A DNA stretch of 63,953 bases, the filler included, from Vannella sp. (taxonomy: Eukaryota): assembly GCA_023345925.1 (NCBI GenBank). It is 7 parts of 7 records of this genome, joined end to end, with 100 filler letters (N's around TTAATTAATTAA, not from the genome) between each part and the next. Parts side by side here need not be neighbours in the genome. Positions count along the whole stretch, not along the records: positions 52,001 to 61,274 come from JAJQQN010000312.1; positions 61,375 to 63,953 come from JAJQQN010000991.1; 5 more parts are not named here. The stretch is one strand, 5' to 3'. Below the pieces are notes generated by a model. The model was not told the origin of the DNA. It searched no databases and saw only the letters and a list, made by a program, of their open reading frames with translations. Of this stretch, positions 59,816 through 63,953 are shown one piece after another. The position numbers and the translations under genes are program-made. Every line of letters starts with the position of its first letter. Within the stretch, counting starts at the first letter, position 1.

Positions 59816-61075
59816 TTATCGGGACTGATTGACGTGATAGATGCCATAGGCAGCGGCACCAACAACGAGAGCTCCTCCCAGAACGAGAGGGACGCTGACA
59901 GAGGAAGGTGGCGGTCGGTTGCCGCACAAAACTTTGATTTTCTTCACTATCGCGCGCGTGCGCTCGGCGTTGGGGTCTTGGGGGTCGATCTTAGCTTCAA
60001 TGACATAGGCAAAGGAGCTGAATAGAGCGTACAGACTCTCCATGTCCTTGGCAGCAGAGAAAATCTGGGCGGTCTCTCCTCGGCGGATCTTCACGACCTT
60101 GACGAAGACGTCTGGGTTGTTGAAGCATCGTGTGAGAGTAGCAATGGCCATGACCTGTGGAATGGCGCAGAACTCGAAGACAGAGGCTTCGGACACGCGG
60201 CTCATGTAAAGGAGAACGTCAGGGACATGCTCTAGCGCGTTCGTGATAAGATGGTTGAGGCAGTGGACTGCAACAGCGCTGTTTTGGGGCTCTTTGAAGT
60301 TCTCTAGCTTCTTGGAGTAGGCGCTCCACACTTCTGTAGGCCAAAAAACGCGGGTTTCGTCAATATCCTCGCGGTAGTCGCGGATGATGTTAGTCTTCTG
60401 CAAGAACAAGCCCATGCCATTAGCAGGAGCCTCTGCTTCTTGCTCAAACCAGGAGCCCTCCAACCGGCTCTCAAAGAAGAGATGGCTGAGGCCGATACCA
60501 ACCAGGCCGGCTACATAGTGGCAGTAGAGGTCCCAATCTGCTACGCTATCTACTCCTTTCTCTAGGAAGTCGGCCATTCCGTTGCCCATGCGCTTGGTGA
60601 TGTCTGCAATGACCTTCTGGTAACCTGGCGAAAGGCGCGAGAAGACAGCGATAACGCGATCAAAGCTTTGGAGAAGCTCCTTTTCACAACCTTCTCCACA
60701 TTCTTCAAAGCACCAGCCTGGCTGGGAGAGGAACTGATGGAACTGGCGCAGCATGGGGACTTTTCGGTCCGCTGGGAAACTCATGTCGTCCTCTACGGTG
60801 TCCAAACCGCGTAGAACCAAGTAGAAGATCATAACCTATCAACTGGTGCGTTAGAATCTTCCACATGAGCAAAGGAGAGCACTCACAGGATCCATAAGCT
60901 CTTGGTGCAGTCGTTGGATGACGATGGTGAAGGAACGGCTGGTTTGAGCCAACTTCTCCCAACACCACCGCGTGTCTGAGTCCATGCCTTCCAAATTCAT
61001 GCTGGGCATGTTCATCTTGAACTTGACAAGAGCCGCCAACTCCACTGGTCGGAAGATGCTCTTCACCAGGTCCAT
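59816..61075 (-). CDS. FDFT1: Squalene synthase, 2 exons
   Basis: TSRSF, IFYLVLRGLDTVEDD, YCHYVAGLVG, MGLFLQKTNIIRDY, FCAIPQVMAIATL, C-terminal TM anchor. Confidence 0.96.
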
Positions 61076-61274
61076 CACGGAGAAGAGTGAAAGAAATAGA
61101 AGAAAGGAAAGGAAATTCATTTCTTTTGCCATTCAAATCCAAATTCTCTTTTCAACGTTTGGGGGCTCATGGATTCTCTCAGGAGTATGAAGAAACCTCA
61201 GAAAATCCACTAGCAAGGAACCAAGGTGGAAGAGGTTCCAAAACTCGTGTTTGCGTAGGCTGTCCTGGAGATCT

Positions 61275-61374
61275 NNNNNNNNNNNNNNNNNNNNNNNNNN
61301 NNNNNNNNNNNNNNNNNNTTAATTAATTAANNNNNNNNNNNNNNNNNNNNNNNNNNNNNNNNNNNNNNNNNNNN
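61275..61374. other. Artificial contig spacer
   Basis: N44-TTAATTAATTAA-N44. Confidence 0.98.
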
Positions 61375-62342
61375 ATGACGCAGTGTTGGGCTGTTGATGT
61401 CTCTCGGTGGTCTCTGGAGAGCGAATGGCTCCAGTTACTAAGCTTTGTATCGCCAGACGAAGCTGAAAGGATATCTCGCTTCCACTTTAAAGAAGACGCC
61501 AAGTTGTCGCTGGCAGGGCGATTGCTGATACAACGTTTTGTTGCTCAGCACTCCTTGGCATTGGATTTGCCAAGTGGAAGAGACGTTGCATCCCTGTTGA
61601 GACGAACGAAGCGTGGGAAGCCCTACTTGCAACAGAACAGCTCAAGGTTTGTGGTGGACTTTAATGTGTCAACGTCGGGCGACCTGGCCATCCTCCTGGG
61701 TATGATTGGTACGCAAGAGAGTCCTGAAAGTATCTGCACAGTTGGATGTGATGTAATGAAGGTGGAGATTCGAGGAAAGGATAAGGTGCTGTGTCCACAC
61801 TCCTGAGCTTCCTGTTCTGATTCCACATCCAGAACGTTGACAACTTCTTCAGTTCTCTCGAGGTCTACTTCTCTAACAAAGAATGGGAGGACATCCGCTC
61901 TGTTCAGGGAGAGAACGAGCAACTCCGTAGGTTCCTCGAGTTTTGGACGCTCAAGGAGAGCTACATCAAAGCTGTTGGCATTGGTTTGGGTATGGATCTA
62001 AGGCGAATTGAGTTCTTCATCCCCAGAGGAGAGACAAGAGACCAACCGCAGCTCTTTTTGGATCAGATGAGGAAGGTACGAGGTTGCGTGAACTCCCAAC
62101 TCAAGGTTTAACGTTCATTTCAGCTAGAATGGACCTTCCAACTGTTTCATCTTCCAAACCACGTTGTTGCCACTGCAGTGGGCCCTGTCAATGACTGCGA
62201 AGAGGAGTTTGGCGTGGCTCAGTTTGGAGCCTTCTACAACAAGTTGAGAAGTCCTCCTTCTCGCAACCAAGGTGCACAGTGCCCAACAACGATCACAACG
62301 CTATCTTTGGACGAGCTGATGTCCTGGAGGACCAAGAAATGA
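61375..62342 (+). CDS. Sfp-type 4'-phosphopantetheinyl transferase (AASDHPPT/Lys5-like), 3 exons
   Basis: DAKLSLAGRLL, RTKRGKPYL, FNVS, VGCDVM, FWTLKESYIKAVGIG. The ATG abuts the spacer, so the N-terminus may be incomplete. Confidence 0.9.
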
Positions 62343-62383
62343 TTTTTAGATAACAAGGAGAGAGCGCATCGAGCTGCGACAGC

Positions 62384-63046
62384 TTACAACATAGTACAGA
62401 ACGACTTCTTTTTCTTAATAGCGTCCACGGGGTTTGCCTGCTCCCCACTACCGTTGAGGTCGTAGTAAACGCGAATCTGTCGGATGATCTCGATGAACGT
62501 CTCCGAGATATTCGTGTTCTTCAGAGCGCTTGTCTCAAAGAAGGTAGCGCCGAGAGAGAGTGCCGCCTGTTGCCCCTCCTCGGTGGAAACTTCGCGTTCG
62601 TCCTCTAAGTCTGTCTTGTTGCCCACCACGATGATGGGGGGTTGTGTCTTCACGTCACAGTCTTTCACCATGAGTATCTTGGAGTGAAATGTCTTCACTC
62701 TATCGAAGGAGGTGCGCTTGGTGATGTCGTAAAGTACGACAAAGGCGTTACCAAAGGAAATCCACTGGGACTGCATGGCAGTGAACTCATCCTGTCCTGC
62801 TGTATCCAGGATCTCTAGAACAACTGCTTGTTCGTCTACAACGATCTGCCTCTTGTATGAACTGTTCCCCAGCCACTGTCAGCCCGGAACCACTTGGAAC
62901 AACGAGCTCTCAAACCTTTCGATTGTGGGGTCGTAGTACTCGACAAAGTGGTCTGAAGTGAACATGATAGTTACAGCTGTCTTTCCACAACCACCATCTC
63001 CCAGCACTGTTATCCCGTAGCGTGATTTGTCGATCTTCGCTGCCAT
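62384..63046 (-). CDS. Ras-family small GTPase, 2 exons
   Basis: [27 protein letters not shown], polybasic KKKKS plus CaaX CTML. Confidence 0.94.
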
Positions 63047-63468
63047 CGACCAGAGGCGCCCAGATAAATAGGGGAAATTCCTTTGCTTCCCCCTTTGTGA
63101 TCAAGCTGTCTGTGAGAGGCGTTTTTACAAATAAAGAGAGCAACTCTTGAAACAAAAGGTCCCTGCTTCTCGGATCCGAACAGAATTTTCTGGAAAAGTC
63201 GTGCCTCCATTCTCTCTTTCAGGTGCAAATCGGGTTCTTGGGCTCCTTTGTGTGATTGTTCTTATGCAGAACCAAGGTTCAGTTTGTGAGGATGAGGTTG
63301 TGCCTTGTACTCTTTCTTGAGAACCAGCAGCGAAGGGTTCCTTGAGCTGACGAAGGTCAAGAAGTCAATTGAAGACCCTTGTCCTCGATCAAACCTTCCC
63401 ACTCGAATAACTTGTTTCAGTGACAGGGAAAAGGGCGCGTTTTAGTACAATTAGTGTTGGGCGAGTAT

Positions 63469-63953
63469 TTAGTCGACCTCCTCCATCTTGGAGCCATCAT
63501 CGTCTTCATCGTCCTCCAACTCAGGAGGGACATCAGAATCCTCGGGGAGATCAGAGTCCTCAGCTCCAAGGCCGAGTTGCACCATGCGGTAGATGCGAGA
63601 GGCAAAGCCTGCGGGCTCCTCAAGGGAGAAACCGGAGGTGAGCATGGAGGTCTCGAACATGAGCCAGACCAGATCCTTCAGGGTCTTGTCGTTCTCATCG
63701 GCCTCGGCCTTCTTCTTCAGCTCCTTGATGATGCTGTGGTTGGGGTTGATCTCCATGGTCTTCTTGGCGTTCATGAACGAAGGCATGGAGTTGTCACGAA
63801 GAGCCTGGGCCTTCATGATGCGCTCCATGTTGGCCGACCAGCCGAACTCGCCAGTGACCAACACGCAGGGGGATGCAGCAATGCGCTCACCGACCTTGAC
63901 CTTCTCGACCTTGTCTCCGAGCACGTTCTTGATGACCTCGCAGAGCTTTTCGT
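63469..63953 (-). CDS. HSP90: Cytosolic Hsp90, 3' part (5' beyond window)
   Basis: [25 protein letters not shown]-terminal MEEVD. Confidence 0.97.
   Translation of the reverse strand, partial: EKLCEVIKNVLGDKVEKVKVGERIAASPCVLVTGEFGWSANMERIMKAQALRDNSMPSFMNAKKTMEINPNHSIIKELKKKAEADENDKTLKDLVWLMFETSMLTSGFSLEEPAGFASRIYRMVQLGLGAEDSDLPEDSDVPPELEDDEDDDGSKMEEVD

Noticed and set aside
59816..62342. Squalene synthase plus PPTase as a biosynthetic gene cluster
   Set aside because: They lie on different contigs separated by an artificial spacer, and both are ordinary primary-metabolism genes.

Overview
This is eukaryotic nuclear DNA from a very gene-dense protist genome, not a prokaryote. It has short spliceosomal introns (about 40-70 nt, GT-AG, CTRAC-like branch points). 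The gene set (Roco kinase, Ras, Galpha-like, TKL kinases, squalene synthase, synapsin-like) suggests an amoeba-type organism, which is an inference. The window is seven contig pieces joined by artificial 100-nt spacers (N44-TTAATTAATTAA-N44), so gene order across spacers is not informative. About 35 genes or gene fragments can be recognised, mostly housekeeping: m-AAA protease, LeuRS, aladin, Tudor-SN, BolA, REV7, apyrase, Sin3, NOL6, Arl2, squalene synthase, PPTase, Ras, Hsp90. The most notable observations are: (1) a multicopy RCC1/BLIP-II-like beta-propeller family (two full copies plus a third C-terminus) with a near-identical scaffold, hypervariable loop codons and a shared KKSAR tail; (2) three signalling proteins with apparently inactive domains, namely a Galpha lacking all G-box motifs, an LRR-pseudokinase-ARM protein and a Roco kinase with two degenerate GTPase domains; (3) an intronless bacterial-type APH-M23-aminotransferase III fusion head-to-head with NOL6; (4) a hidden three-exon (Ser-Gly)n acidic protein ending in a CaaX box; (5) a recurrent TCATTY initiator-like motif with extremely short intergenic spacers; (6) an inverted-duplication chimera at a contig end. 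No tRNA, rRNA, CRISPR or clear transposon was seen. All assignments were made by eye from motifs, with no database search.
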